A DNA stretch of 64,000 nucleotides, taken from the NCBI GenBank assembly GCA_020059745.1, contig JAGVBK010000004.1:100797-164796 (forward strand), written 5' to 3'. Position 1 is the first letter of the stretch; every line of letters begins with the position of its first letter. The translations under genes were made by a program, and so were the position numbers. The stretch is from Candidatus Shapirobacteria bacterium (GTDB lineage: Bacteria > Patescibacteriota > Microgenomatia > UM-FILTER-40-11). Positions 8,570 to 17,953 of this stretch are shown one piece after another. The notes beneath the pieces are model-generated. The model worked only from the letters and a program-made list of their open reading frames with translations, was not told the origin of the DNA and did not search any database.

Positions 8570-9496
8570 ATGTTTTTAGAAATAAACAAAGTCCATCAGG
8601 GTGATGCGAGGAAACTGCTAAAGCAGGTAGAACCAAATTCAGTATCCTTAAGTGTTTGGTCTCCACCTTATTTTGTAGGAAAGGAATACGAAAAATACTT
8701 ATCATATCAAGATTGGGTTGACCTTTTAACCTCGGTAATTTCACTTCATGAACCAATATTAAAGCCGGGTGGTTTCCTTGTAGTTAATATTGCTGATATT
8801 CTCGCCTTTCAAGATAAATCAATCCCTCGTTTTCAAGCGCTTACCCTTACTAGACAAAAGTGTTCGGTTAGTCAGAAAGATGTTCTTGAAGCCAAAAAGA
8901 AGCACCCTGACTACAACCGATATCAACTTGCAGAATTATTGAAGTGTAGTGAGCAAACAATCGATAGAAGACTAAATGGCAATAACATAAGAGGCGGTAA
9001 ATACAACAATCAAACCAGAGTCCATTTAGTCGGAGATATTATTGAAAAACCGGCATATAAAGCAGGCTTATATCTTTATGATAGAAGAATTTGGAAAAAA
9101 GACCCTTGTTGGGAAAATAGCAAGTGGCATTCTTTATCCTACCGCTCTGTTGATGAATTTGAATATTTGTACTTTCTCTGGAAGCCAGGAATAACTACTG
9201 TTGACCGCAAAAGATTAAGCAAGGAAGAATGGAAGGATTGGGGTTCAAGAGGAGTTTGGGAAATACCTTCCGTTAGGACAAATAACGACCACGAAGCGAA
9301 ATTTCCCTTAGAACTCCCCAAAAGAGCAATAAGGCTTCTTACTTCACCAGGAGATGTTGTTTTAGATTGTTTTATGGGAAGTGGAACAACTGCCATTGCA
9401 GCAATTAATGAAGGAAGAAATTTTATCGGTATTGAATTAGAACCAAAATATGTTGATTTATCAAACCGAAAGATAAAAGAGGTGCAATCTAAATAA
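8570..9496 (+). CDS. DNA methyltransferase (beta-class amino-MTase, likely N4-cytosine or N6-adenine) with an inserted HTH-like segment
   Basis: Motif IV SPPY (VWSPPYF) lies N-terminal and motif I DCFMGSGTTAIAA lies C-terminal. The start is 2 nt after the lexA stop. Confidence 0.8.
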   Translation: MFLEINKVHQGDARKLLKQVEPNSVSLSVWSPPYFVGKEYEKYLSYQDWVDLLTSVISLHEPILKPGGFLVVNIADILAFQDKSIPRFQALTLTRQKCSVSQKDVLEAKKKHPDYNRYQLAELLKCSEQTIDRRLNGNNIRGGKYNNQTRVHLVGDIIEKPAYKAGLYLYDRRIWKKDPCWENSKWHSLSYRSVDEFEYLYFLWKPGITTVDRKRLSKEEWKDWGSRGVWEIPSVRTNNDHEAKFPLELPKRAIRLLTSPGDVVLDCFMGSGTTAIAAINEGRNFIGIELEPKYVDLSNRKIKEVQSK

Positions 9497-9515
9497 AAAT
9501 TTATTTATTAGTTTT

Positions 9516-10367
9516 TTATCTAGATTTTTCTTCCCACTTATTTCCGTTTATCCGAACAATTTTTGTACATCGCCAATTTTCAATTGAGGCCAAAGGGTTT
9601 AACCTAATTCTTATCCGCTTTGTATCGTCTGCTCTACTCTTTTCATCCTTACCGCAAATAATTAAACCGGGGGTCTCAGCTAATTTGGGTCCGTCAAACA
9701 TTAGCAAACCATTGGGAACACAGGCTAATTCAAAATATTTTAAGGGTTGAAAACCTATTTTTTCAACTTCATATACCGCCTTCAAAAACATTGTTATACA
9801 AAGAAGCGGCTTGTCGTCAATTAAATAAAAGGGTGGCAGCTTCGGTTGAAAGTTATAGTTGATTTTACCATTCCCTTGATAATGCACAGGCCAAGGTGAA
9901 TTAATAATTCCGTTTTTCCAATCATCACCTCTACCTGAAACTTGATTAGGAGGAACAACCACTTCATTTGGATTATCATTTGGTCCAGTTAACTTAATAT
10001 CTAAATGAACCAATGTCTCTTTATTGGTAAAACGGATATCTCCGCCTGTTGGCAAACCAGGAAACCTAACTTCTGAAAAAGCTTTAATAATTTTTGAAGT
10101 AAGATTATAACTAATTGTTTTCTCTCCTAACTCTAGCCAGGGAACAGAATTCCCTGTTGGTTGTCTTCCTCTCTGCTCTGGAGGATAGTTTGACCAAAAA
10201 GGATATAGCTTCCAAGCGTATTCCGTAAAATCTAAATAGAGGTCGTCGGCAATATCAAGAACTATGCCCTTGATTTTAAGGCAATGCTCTTTTTCTACTT
10301 TCCGAACGGTTTCAAGGTTGTTAACGAAATAATCTCTAACCTTAAAATAACTTTTCGCGTCAGTCAT
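9516..10367 (-). CDS. Hypothetical protein, a candidate restriction endonuclease partner
   Basis: Lies 19 bp from the MTase stop and is convergent with it, a common Type II R-M arrangement. No firm PD-(D/E)xK motif. Confidence 0.3.
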   Translation of the reverse strand: MTDAKSYFKVRDYFVNNLETVRKVEKEHCLKIKGIVLDIADDLYLDFTEYAWKLYPFWSNYPPEQRGRQPTGNSVPWLELGEKTISYNLTSKIIKAFSEVRFPGLPTGGDIRFTNKETLVHLDIKLTGPNDNPNEVVVPPNQVSGRGDDWKNGIINSPWPVHYQGNGKINYNFQPKLPPFYLIDDKPLLCITMFLKAVYEVEKIGFQPLKYFELACVPNGLLMFDGPKLAETPGLIICGKDEKSRADDTKRIRIRLNPLASIENWRCTKIVRINGNKWEEKSR

Positions 10368-10469
10368 AGTCTATGTTTGGGAGAAATCTATCAACGACAG
10401 CTTACCATAAAAGCATTTGAAATGAAATAATCACCCTATTTTTTTTCTTAAGAGACTAGCGATGGAGGT

Positions 10470-10694
10470 GTGGCTAATAATGGCCAAACAAAGAGGTTAC
10501 CAGTAACTTTGTATGGCTATCAGTTCTACGAAGAAAATGACATTGCTCAGGGCACACTTTACTTTGGTGACTGGAGCTACTATGTGATTGGAGACAGACA
10601 GACCATTTCGGTCAGGACAACGACTGAAGGAGGCGACGCTTGGAGGAGAAACGCTATGGAGAGTAATAAAGATACTCTATTTCGTAGAAATTAG
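10470..10694 (+). CDS. Hypothetical small protein
   Basis: ORF only. Confidence 0.3.
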   Translation: MANNGQTKRLPVTLYGYQFYEENDIAQGTLYFGDWSYYVIGDRQTISVRTTTEGGDAWRRNAMESNKDTLFRRN

Positions 10695-10746
10695 TAGAAA
10701 ATACTAGAAAACTTGACATCGCAATTTTTACCATTAATATGGAGGT

Positions 10747-11670
10747 ATGACCACCATATGTGAGGGCTGTACCATTGAATTTGCACCAAAGAGGAATGGC
10801 CAAAAATATCATAGTAGAGACTGTTTTCTGAAAGCCACACTAAAACTTCTTGTTTGTCCCCATTGTGGCCAAAAGTTTCAAAAAAAATTCTCTGGCCAAA
10901 TTTGCTGCTCCCGGAAGTGTTCCTATAAATTTAGGGCAAAGAAGGTTAGCAGGGGCAGTATTGTTTATTGCTCTCTTCCTTCCTGCAGTAAGGCAATATA
11001 CAGGATGCCGTCTAGAATTAAAAAGTATAATTTTTGCTGCTCAGAACATAGGGCTCTCTACCAAAAATCTCCTGAAAATAAGGACTTCGGCAAAGGGTGG
11101 AAACATACTGCCGAAGAAATCGCGAAAATTAGGCAAGCTAACTTAAACAGGGATTATAGTCAGACATTTACGGAGGAAGAAAGAGCTAAGGCTGCTAAAA
11201 GGGCGAGGAACAAGGTATGGACTCCTGAAGCTAGGAAAAATGCCAGCTTATCTCATTTGGGTAAGAAACTCCCAGAAGAGCAAAAACGAAAAATAAGGGA
11301 GAATTCTCCCAAAGGCGAGGAAAATAAACAATGGAAAGATGACGATGCGAGCTATGCGGCAAAGCATAGTTGGGCCAAAAGGCACATGGAAAAACCAAAG
11401 GTTTGTGCCTTCTCCCAAACCGAGGGGCATCTCTGTAAAGGAAGGTTGGAACTAGCCAACAAAAATCACCAGTATGAAAGAAATATTGACGATTGGGCTT
11501 GGATGTGCCGGTACCATCACGATAAATTTGATGTCGAAAACGGCTTGCGCCGCCTGACCCCCAAAACGGTGAAAATTTACGGGAAGTTTATTAACCCGAA
11601 AGTAAAAAATTTAAGCATAAGTGGCATAGTAGATAACCCAACAATTAGTCCTAATTTGAACTATCAATAA
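10747..11670 (+). CDS. HNH endonuclease with NUMOD3-like repeats and a Cys-rich N-terminus (homing-endonuclease-like)
   Basis: N-terminal CxxC clusters. Repeats GWKHTAEEIAKIRQAN and VWTPEARKNASLSHLGKKLPEEQKRKIREN resemble NUMOD3. The C-terminus HLCKG...NHQYERNIDD...CRYHHDKFD is HNH-like. Confidence 0.6.
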   Translation: MTTICEGCTIEFAPKRNGQKYHSRDCFLKATLKLLVCPHCGQKFQKKFSGQICCSRKCSYKFRAKKVSRGSIVYCSLPSCSKAIYRMPSRIKKYNFCCSEHRALYQKSPENKDFGKGWKHTAEEIAKIRQANLNRDYSQTFTEEERAKAAKRARNKVWTPEARKNASLSHLGKKLPEEQKRKIRENSPKGEENKQWKDDDASYAAKHSWAKRHMEKPKVCAFSQTEGHLCKGRLELANKNHQYERNIDDWAWMCRYHHDKFDVENGLRRLTPKTVKIYGKFINPKVKNLSISGIVDNPTISPNLNYQ

Positions 11671-11729
11671 ACTTATCAGAAGGCTACCTCTGGTAGACGA
11701 TAAGAGATAGTTCAAGGGTTGTTTCCCCT

Positions 11730-11948
11730 TTGGAAACGTTAGAGAACCCAGTAAGAGGCGTTTTAAATGCCTTTACTGGGTTCTTTTGGAAAAATATGAA
11801 AGACAAAAATAGCGAAGTTAAAAACGTTGATGAAATAGCAGAACATTGGGCGAGGCTAATTTTGTCGCATATTGAAATTAAAAAAAGAAAAGAAAAATCT
11901 ATGTTAGCAAATAAAAAAGGTCGATTTATGGCGCCAAATAATATATAA
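11730..11948 (+). CDS. Hypothetical small protein upstream of the recombinase (possible directionality factor)
   Basis: ORF only. Confidence 0.3.
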   Translation: METLENPVRGVLNAFTGFFWKNMKDKNSEVKNVDEIAEHWARLILSHIEIKKRKEKSMLANKKGRFMAPNNI

Positions 11949-11971
11949 TTAATTAACTATAGGACAAATTT

Positions 11972-13498
11972 ATGAAGACTTGCTACGCCTACATTAGGGT
12001 TTCTACTGATGAGCAAAAGAATAAAGGTTATTCTCCAGATAATCAAATTAGGCAGGTTAGAGATTATACTGAACTACACGAATATCGCATCAAGAAGATA
12101 TTTGATGATAGTGGAAGAAGCGGGCGGTCAACGGAGCATCGGTATGAACTTCAGAGTTTATTAAGTGCAGTCGACTCTAACCCGGTAGATGCCGTCATAA
12201 TATATAAAATTGACCGCTTTGCCAGAAATGTCGGAGATTTTGACAGGATTTATAAAAATTTTAAGACAAAAGGTATTAAACTTATTTCTGTTACTGAAGG
12301 CGATTTAACAGAGGGAAATAGTTTAATTCCCAATATTTTTGCTTCTGTAGCCCAATGGGAGTCAGAAGCAAATAGTTTGAGAACAAAAGATGCTTTGGCT
12401 CAAAAATTTGAAGAAGGCTGGCAACCAACCCCTCCCCCTATTGGCTACCGAACAGTTGGTGGGGAAAGGGAAAAAAAGACTTGTGAGCCTGACACTTATA
12501 CTGCGCCGATAATAAAAGAGCTTTTTAAAATGTATTCCACTGGAAATTATTCAATTCTTGCTTTGCAGGATTGGCTAAGTCAAAAGAACATTGTTTCTAA
12601 AAATGGAACCGGATTGGGACATAGTGTTATTTGCAATATCCTTAATAATCCTTTTTATTATGGACTAATTCGCTGGCATGGGGAGTCAAAAATCGGCAAG
12701 CACAAACCAATAATAGATAAATCGCTTTACGAGACGTGCCAGTATATTTTAGCTAAACATCGTAGTTTCCTAATTAGGAAGCGGGTACATGATTACTTAT
12801 TGAGAGGTTTCATCTTTTGTCATTATTGTGGCCAAAGGTATACTGCCGAACCTCATCCCAACCATTCAGTTAATAAACCTGGGGTAATCCATTACTATCA
12901 TTGCCCTAAAAGAGAACGAAATGGTTGCCCTTCAAAATACATTGAGGCAGATACTCTTGAGAAACAGATAGAAGAAGAGTTTAAAAAGCTCCAATTTAGC
13001 GAAGAATTCATTGAAGCAGTGATAAGGAAGGCCAAAGAAATCATCGCCCAAAACAGAAGAGAAAAGTCATCAGTAATGCGAGGTATTATTAATCAAAAAA
13101 ATGCTTTGGAAAATAAAAGGAATACCCTTGAAGATGCATTGTTAGATGGCACTATTGATAGAGAAACCTTTAAACGCCGCCATAATGCTTTGCAACAGCA
13201 ATTAATTAACTTAGATAACCAAATAACAGAATTTGACAACCAGGGGAAAATCGATATTGACTTAATTGAGGAAGTGCTTGCTTTTACGAGGGACATTTAT
13301 CAAACATATATTGAAGCCCCCGATTACCTTAAAAGGCATTATCTAAGGTTTTTCTTTGAGAAAGTTATAGTGAAGGATAAGAAAATATATAAAGTAATCC
13401 CGACTCCTATATTCAAAATATTGAAAAATAGGCACGAAATTATAATAAGAAAGAATTGGCTCCCCCGCGTGGATTCGAACCACGAACCTACCGCTTAA
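11972..13498 (+). CDS. Large serine recombinase (integrase)
   Basis: N-terminal resolvase catalytic motif YAYIRVSTDEQ, a recombinase domain, a zinc ribbon CHYCGQ...HCPKRERNGC and a C-terminal coiled coil. The ORF's 3' end reads into tRNA-Asn. Confidence 0.85.
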   Translation: MKTCYAYIRVSTDEQKNKGYSPDNQIRQVRDYTELHEYRIKKIFDDSGRSGRSTEHRYELQSLLSAVDSNPVDAVIIYKIDRFARNVGDFDRIYKNFKTKGIKLISVTEGDLTEGNSLIPNIFASVAQWESEANSLRTKDALAQKFEEGWQPTPPPIGYRTVGGEREKKTCEPDTYTAPIIKELFKMYSTGNYSILALQDWLSQKNIVSKNGTGLGHSVICNILNNPFYYGLIRWHGESKIGKHKPIIDKSLYETCQYILAKHRSFLIRKRVHDYLLRGFIFCHYCGQRYTAEPHPNHSVNKPGVIHYYHCPKRERNGCPSKYIEADTLEKQIEEEFKKLQFSEEFIEAVIRKAKEIIAQNRREKSSVMRGIINQKNALENKRNTLEDALLDGTIDRETFKRRHNALQQQLINLDNQITEFDNQGKIDIDLIEEVLAFTRDIYQTYIEAPDYLKRHYLRFFFEKVIVKDKKIYKVIPTPIFKILKNRHEIIIRKNWLPRVDSNHEPTA

Positions 13499-13531
13499 CA
13501 GGCGGACGCTCTACCGTTGAGCTACAGGGGA
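13457..13531 (-). tRNA. tRNA-Asn(GTT)
   Basis: Reverse-complement cloverleaf: acceptor TCCCCTG, D-arm AGCTCAACGGTAGAGC, anticodon loop CTGTTAA, T-arm GGTTCGAATCC, encoded CCA. Confidence 0.85.
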
Positions 13532-13585
13532 ATATTGCCTGTATGTGGGGCATATTTTAACAATTTTGGGGGTTTCTGACAAGGC

Positions 13586-14719
13586 CTACTCCAAATAATC
13601 CTGAAGCTTTTTCCTTCTTGAAGGATGCTTAAGTTTTCTTAGGGCTTTTGCTTCTATTTGTCTTATTCTTTCCCTGGTTACCCCGAATTTTTTGCCCACT
13701 TCTTCTAAAGTCATAGGCTTGCCGCCTTCAAGACCGAATCTGTAAACTAATACCTTTGCTTCCCTTGGGGTTAGGGTTTCAAGCACTTCTTTAATGTTGT
13801 CCTTTAAAAGCTGCTTTGAAGCAGTGTCGTAAGGAGATGGGGCGGTATCGGCAATAAAATCTCCTAAAAGAGAATCCTCCTCGTCTCCTACCGGTGCTTC
13901 CAAAGAAGTTGTTCCCTGGGCAATTTTTAAAATCTCCCTCACTTTTGCCGGCGGAATTTCCATTTCTTTGCCTACTTCTTCAGGGGTTGGATCTCTTCCC
14001 AGCTCCTGCATCAGCTTTCTTGAAATTCTCATGAGCTTATTAATGGTTTCCACCATGTGAACAGGAACTCTAATAGTCCTTGCCTGGTCAGCAATAGCTC
14101 TAGTAATAGCTTGTCTGATCCACCAGGTGGCATAAGTTGAGAATTTATAACCTCTTCTCCAGTCGTATTTTTCTACTGCCCGAATAAGCCCTTGGTTTCC
14201 TTCCTGAATAAGGTCAAGAAGGGTCAAACCCCGGCCAACATATCTTTTGGCAATGGAAACAACCAACCTTAAGTTTGATTCCGTCAGTTTCCTTTTAGCA
14301 GCCAGGCTGCCTTTTTCAATTTTTTGAGCCAAGTCAACCTCTTCCTCTGCTTTAAGAAGCGGAATTCTGCCAATCTCCCGAAGATACATTCTCACCGGGT
14401 CAGAAACAGCAGGAGATTCCAAAGAAGAAAGAACCTCAATTTCCCGGGCAAAATCCTTAGCCATTTTCTCGCTTTCCCTTATCTCTTCTTCACTTAAGGA
14501 GTCAAAAATATCAATACCTTCATCAATTACTTTGGTGTAAAATTCCTCAAGTTCATTAAGATAGTTTTCTGCAAAAGGAAAAACCTGAAGCACCTCATCC
14601 TGGGTAACAAATCCTTCTTTTTTACCTTTTTCAATCAGCTTTTTAATTGCTTTTTGGTCAATTAAAATTTTGTTTTCTTCTTTTTTCTGGTCTTTGACTG
14701 CAGTTTTCGGCATATGCAT
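13586..14719 (-). CDS. rpoD: RNA polymerase sigma-70 factor RpoD
   Basis: Regions 1.2 through 4, including [14 protein letters not shown] and [20 protein letters not shown]. Confidence 0.95.
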   Translation of the reverse strand: MHMPKTAVKDQKKEENKILIDQKAIKKLIEKGKKEGFVTQDEVLQVFPFAENYLNELEEFYTKVIDEGIDIFDSLSEEEIRESEKMAKDFAREIEVLSSLESPAVSDPVRMYLREIGRIPLLKAEEEVDLAQKIEKGSLAAKRKLTESNLRLVVSIAKRYVGRGLTLLDLIQEGNQGLIRAVEKYDWRRGYKFSTYATWWIRQAITRAIADQARTIRVPVHMVETINKLMRISRKLMQELGRDPTPEEVGKEMEIPPAKVREILKIAQGTTSLEAPVGDEEDSLLGDFIADTAPSPYDTASKQLLKDNIKEVLETLTPREAKVLVYRFGLEGGKPMTLEEVGKKFGVTRERIRQIEAKALRKLKHPSRRKKLQDYLE

Positions 14720-14753
14720 ATTTTACCTCATTTGAGCTTGATTTAAAAGGTTT

Positions 14754-16535
14754 TTATATTGTTTTTCCAAGTGTAGCCAGTTTCCTGGTTAAAAGAAGCA
14801 TTTTTTCCCTGGTCTTTTTCTCTTCTTCCTCGCTTTTCTCGCTTTTAATCTGGTCAGTTAACTTTTTAATCTCCTCTCTAATTTTAAGTGTTTCAAGTTG
14901 CTTCTCTGATTCTTCAAGCTCTTTCTCCAACCATTGTTTATCCTCTATTCTGGCCCCAAAGTCAACCAGATAAAGCTTGTCATAAGCATCTCTAAGCTCA
15001 ACCGGCAAAAAATTAAAAAAGAATTGGCTTGAGAATCTTTTGTTTTCTTTAAAAAATTCTTCCAGTTTTTCAATTAGCTTAACATAAACAGGCAAGTTAA
15101 TTAGACTTCTTGTTTTTTCCGAAAGCAGTCTTTTTGCCTCCTTGCCTTGGAAAGCCAGGGCAATAAGATATTCTTCAAGAATTTCCCGCCTTGTCTTTTG
15201 TATAACCGGTTGGCTCTGTTTTGGAGTCACGGGGGCTTTGCTAAAAACCTTTTTTGTCTGCAAAATTATTGATTCCTCGTTTACTTCAAGCTTTTCTGAA
15301 AGCCTTTTTATGTAGATGTCTTTAATGATTTCGTCTTCAATTTTAGCCAGTATGGGAATAAGCTCCTGGCCGATTTTCCTTTTTTCCTCTGCTGTTTTGC
15401 CCCGATATCTCTTAAAAGCAGAACTAATAAAAAAATCATAAATATTCTCCGCGTTATTTATTTGTTCTTTTAGATAGTCAGGCTCTTTTTGGGCAGCCTC
15501 GTCTGGGTCTTTGTACTTTTCCAAAGTAACTACTTTTAGGTTAAAACCGGCTTTGTCTGCAATCTCAATTCCCCGGCGGGAAGCCATGTCTCCGGCTGAA
15601 TCAGAATCTAAAGACAAAACTAAATTCTCACAAAATCTTTTAAGAAGCCTTGCTTGTGCCTCAGTTAAGGCCGAACCTTTAATTGCCACCACATTTTTTA
15701 TTCCCACCTGAAAGCAGGAAATGGCATCAAGTTCGCCTTCTACCACTACAGCCGTATTTTCCTTTTTAATCTCCTCTTTAGTTATTTGCAAAGGGTACAA
15801 AAGCTCGCTTTTGTGGTAAATGGCCGTTTCCGGAGTGTTGACATATTTTGCTTCTTTAGCATTAGCGTCAAGAAGCCGGCCGGAAAACCCGGTTACATTA
15901 CCTCGGTGGTCAAACAAAGGAAACATTACTCTGTCCCTGAAGCGATCATAAAATGAATCTCTTTTTTGGCCTTTAATAACCAAGCCTGCTTTTTCAAGAT
16001 CTAAAACATCATAGCCTTTTTTGCCAACAAGATACTTTTGCAAACCTTCCCACATGGGCGGAGAATAACCAATCTTAAACTTTTCAAGTGAGCCTTTGGT
16101 TATTCCTCTTTGGAGAATGTAACTTAAGGCCTTTTTGCCAATGTTATGGCTTACCAAAAGATAATGAAAGAACTCAGAAGCAAGATGATTCACTTCATAA
16201 AGCTTTTCTTTTTCCGACTCGTTTTTACTGGGCCGGTAGCTTTCAAGTTTAACCCCTGCTTTTTTAGCCAAAATCCGCAAAGCCTCGCCAAACTCGATTC
16301 TTTCCATTTCCATTAAAAAGCCAAAAGCGTCCCCGCCTTTCTGACAGCCAAAGCAGTGCCAAATCTGTCTTTCCGGAGAAACCATAAAAGAAGGGGTTTT
16401 TTCTGAATGAAAAGGGCAAAGCCCCTTAAAATTCCTGCCTGCTTTTGTTAAAACAACTGATTCAGAAATAAGCTGCACTAAGTCAATTTTTGAGCGGATT
16501 TCTTCTATCTGGTCCATGTGGCCTGATTTTAACAC
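14754..16535 (-). CDS. dnaG: DNA primase DnaG
   Basis: Zinc finger CPFHSEKTPSF...CFGC, then TOPRIM VVEGELD...DSDSAG. Confidence 0.9.
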   Translation of the reverse strand: MLKSGHMDQIEEIRSKIDLVQLISESVVLTKAGRNFKGLCPFHSEKTPSFMVSPERQIWHCFGCQKGGDAFGFLMEMERIEFGEALRILAKKAGVKLESYRPSKNESEKEKLYEVNHLASEFFHYLLVSHNIGKKALSYILQRGITKGSLEKFKIGYSPPMWEGLQKYLVGKKGYDVLDLEKAGLVIKGQKRDSFYDRFRDRVMFPLFDHRGNVTGFSGRLLDANAKEAKYVNTPETAIYHKSELLYPLQITKEEIKKENTAVVVEGELDAISCFQVGIKNVVAIKGSALTEAQARLLKRFCENLVLSLDSDSAGDMASRRGIEIADKAGFNLKVVTLEKYKDPDEAAQKEPDYLKEQINNAENIYDFFISSAFKRYRGKTAEEKRKIGQELIPILAKIEDEIIKDIYIKRLSEKLEVNEESIILQTKKVFSKAPVTPKQSQPVIQKTRREILEEYLIALAFQGKEAKRLLSEKTRSLINLPVYVKLIEKLEEFFKENKRFSSQFFFNFLPVELRDAYDKLYLVDFGARIEDKQWLEKELEESEKQLETLKIREEIKKLTDQIKSEKSEEEEKKTREKMLLLTRKLATLGKTI

Positions 16536-16564
16536 AAAGAGGAAGGGAAAAATTAAAGAGCTAT

Positions 16565-16640
16565 GCGGAAGAGGTGGGAATGTGTGCGCTTGCTTCGCAA
16601 TGCTCCGTTAATCCCGTCCTTCCTTGATGCGTTTCTGCGG
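16565..16640. repeat. ~72-bp repeat unit, copy A (a solo copy with no adjacent tRNA)
   Basis: A tRNA-Ser-3'-end-like GCGGAAGAGGTGGGA, then the core ATGTGTGCGCTTGCTTCGCAATGCTCCGTTAATCCCGTCCTTCCTTGA, then TGCGTTTCTGCGG. Confidence 0.5.
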
Positions 16641-16814
16641 TGTCTGTTTGAAAATATCCGAACGGAACTGGCTGGGCTCGGCGGGCGGAATTCCCCCCAC
16701 ACCCCTCTTCCGCCCGCCTCGCCTTGCCTGCCCGACAAATAGGCGGGAACCGGAGCGGAAAGGACGATTTCAAGTTTTTCTTTGGCGGCAAATTCTTTTA
16801 TTTCCTCTTCAGGA

Positions 16815-17744
16815 TTAACTATTTACGATAAATTCGACCAGCGCGTAAATTATCCAAAAGAATAAAAGCATGAATCCTTCTTTTTTCGTTATGGCGCGTC
16901 CTGAACGCATGAATCGTAATAACACGAAGGAGGCAACCACCATAAATGCCCCTGTGATATATATGATTTTTACTGGAAAATAAAATGGGCTTATGAAAGC
17001 AAGTATGCCAATGACAATAGTAGCGTCTGCCAGAACTGAACCTAAAATATCACCTATCGCAAGGCTGTCCTCTTTTTGTTTTATTGCTTTAAGCGAATAT
17101 AAGAATTCCGGCATTGTTGTTCCCAAACTAACAACGAGCATGCCAATAAGAATGGGGGTTATGTTTAATGTTTGAGCCAGCGTGGTTGCCGAAGTTACCG
17201 TAAAATGCGCACCTATGAGCAGCAAAGTCATAGCAAAGAGTAATAGAAATATATTTTTATACTTGCCATCACCGTTACTAAATACTTTTGACGCTTCTGT
17301 GCCATTCTTAAAAACTAAATAGTAGAAAAGAACCCCTGTAATTATCAAAATAGCACCATCAATACGGGAAAAATGTCCATTTAACCCCAAAATGACGGGA
17401 AGTAGCAAGAAGAAGGGGTACAGACTGACATTTTTTAACACCTTACTTTCGATTTTTACTCCGCGACCAGACAATAAAATTAAAAGAGCAAAAATAAGAG
17501 ACAGGTCGGCAATATTTGAACCAAATAATGTGCCGAGGCCAAATTCAGGTACCCCCTGAATTGCAGAATTTATTGAAATAATAGTTTCAGGCAGTATGGA
17601 GATAAAAGCAACCACAACAAAACCAATTACATAACGAGAGATACTAAAATGTTCCGCGAGTTTGGCAGAGTACTTTGTCGCCAAGGTAGCTCCCTTAACA
17701 ACAAGGGCTAACGAAAAGATAAATAGTAGCAAATTTTCGATCAT
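16815..17744 (-). CDS. CaCA-family cation/Ca2+ antiporter (YrbG-like)
   Basis: Two alpha-repeat regions (GSNIADLSLI and GDILGSVLADATIV) and about 10 TM helices. Confidence 0.8.
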   Translation of the reverse strand: MIENLLLFIFSLALVVKGATLATKYSAKLAEHFSISRYVIGFVVVAFISILPETIISINSAIQGVPEFGLGTLFGSNIADLSLIFALLILLSGRGVKIESKVLKNVSLYPFFLLLPVILGLNGHFSRIDGAILIITGVLFYYLVFKNGTEASKVFSNGDGKYKNIFLLLFAMTLLLIGAHFTVTSATTLAQTLNITPILIGMLVVSLGTTMPEFLYSLKAIKQKEDSLAIGDILGSVLADATIVIGILAFISPFYFPVKIIYITGAFMVVASFVLLRFMRSGRAITKKEGFMLLFFWIIYALVEFIVNS

Positions 17745-17746
17745 AA

Positions 17747-17953
17747 TTATTTCAATAAATCTTCAACGGAAACACCGAGCGCTTTAGCAATCTTGGCTAT
17801 CATCTGAACGCCTGGCTTTTTTACAAAATCGCCCTCAATTTTTGCAAGAGTGGAGTATTTGAGCTCGGCTTTTCGCGCCAAGTCGTCTTGGCTCAATTCT
17901 TGCTTCGTTCTCAATCGTTTTATATTTTCACCTATTGTTGCCATACTATCCAA
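17747..17953 (-). CDS. XRE-family HTH transcriptional regulator
   Basis: IGENIKRLRTKQELSQDDLARKAELKYSTLAKIE is a Cro/C1-type HTH. Confidence 0.7.
   Translation of the reverse strand: MDSMATIGENIKRLRTKQELSQDDLARKAELKYSTLAKIEGDFVKKPGVQMIAKIAKALGVSVEDLLK

Noticed and set aside
11972-13498. Recombinase ORF extending to 13498
   Set aside because: Not rejected as a gene. However, the last ~14 codons are encoded by tRNA-Asn sequence, so the true C-terminus is uncertain and the feature end is approximate.
16553-16818. Three short overlapping ORFs (61-76 aa) on both strands
   Set aside because: They cover repeat copy A and the GC-rich hairpin region. Their amino-acid content mirrors the repeat sequence (the same HPLRKNASRKGGINGALQSKR peptide appears in the 19941 artefact).
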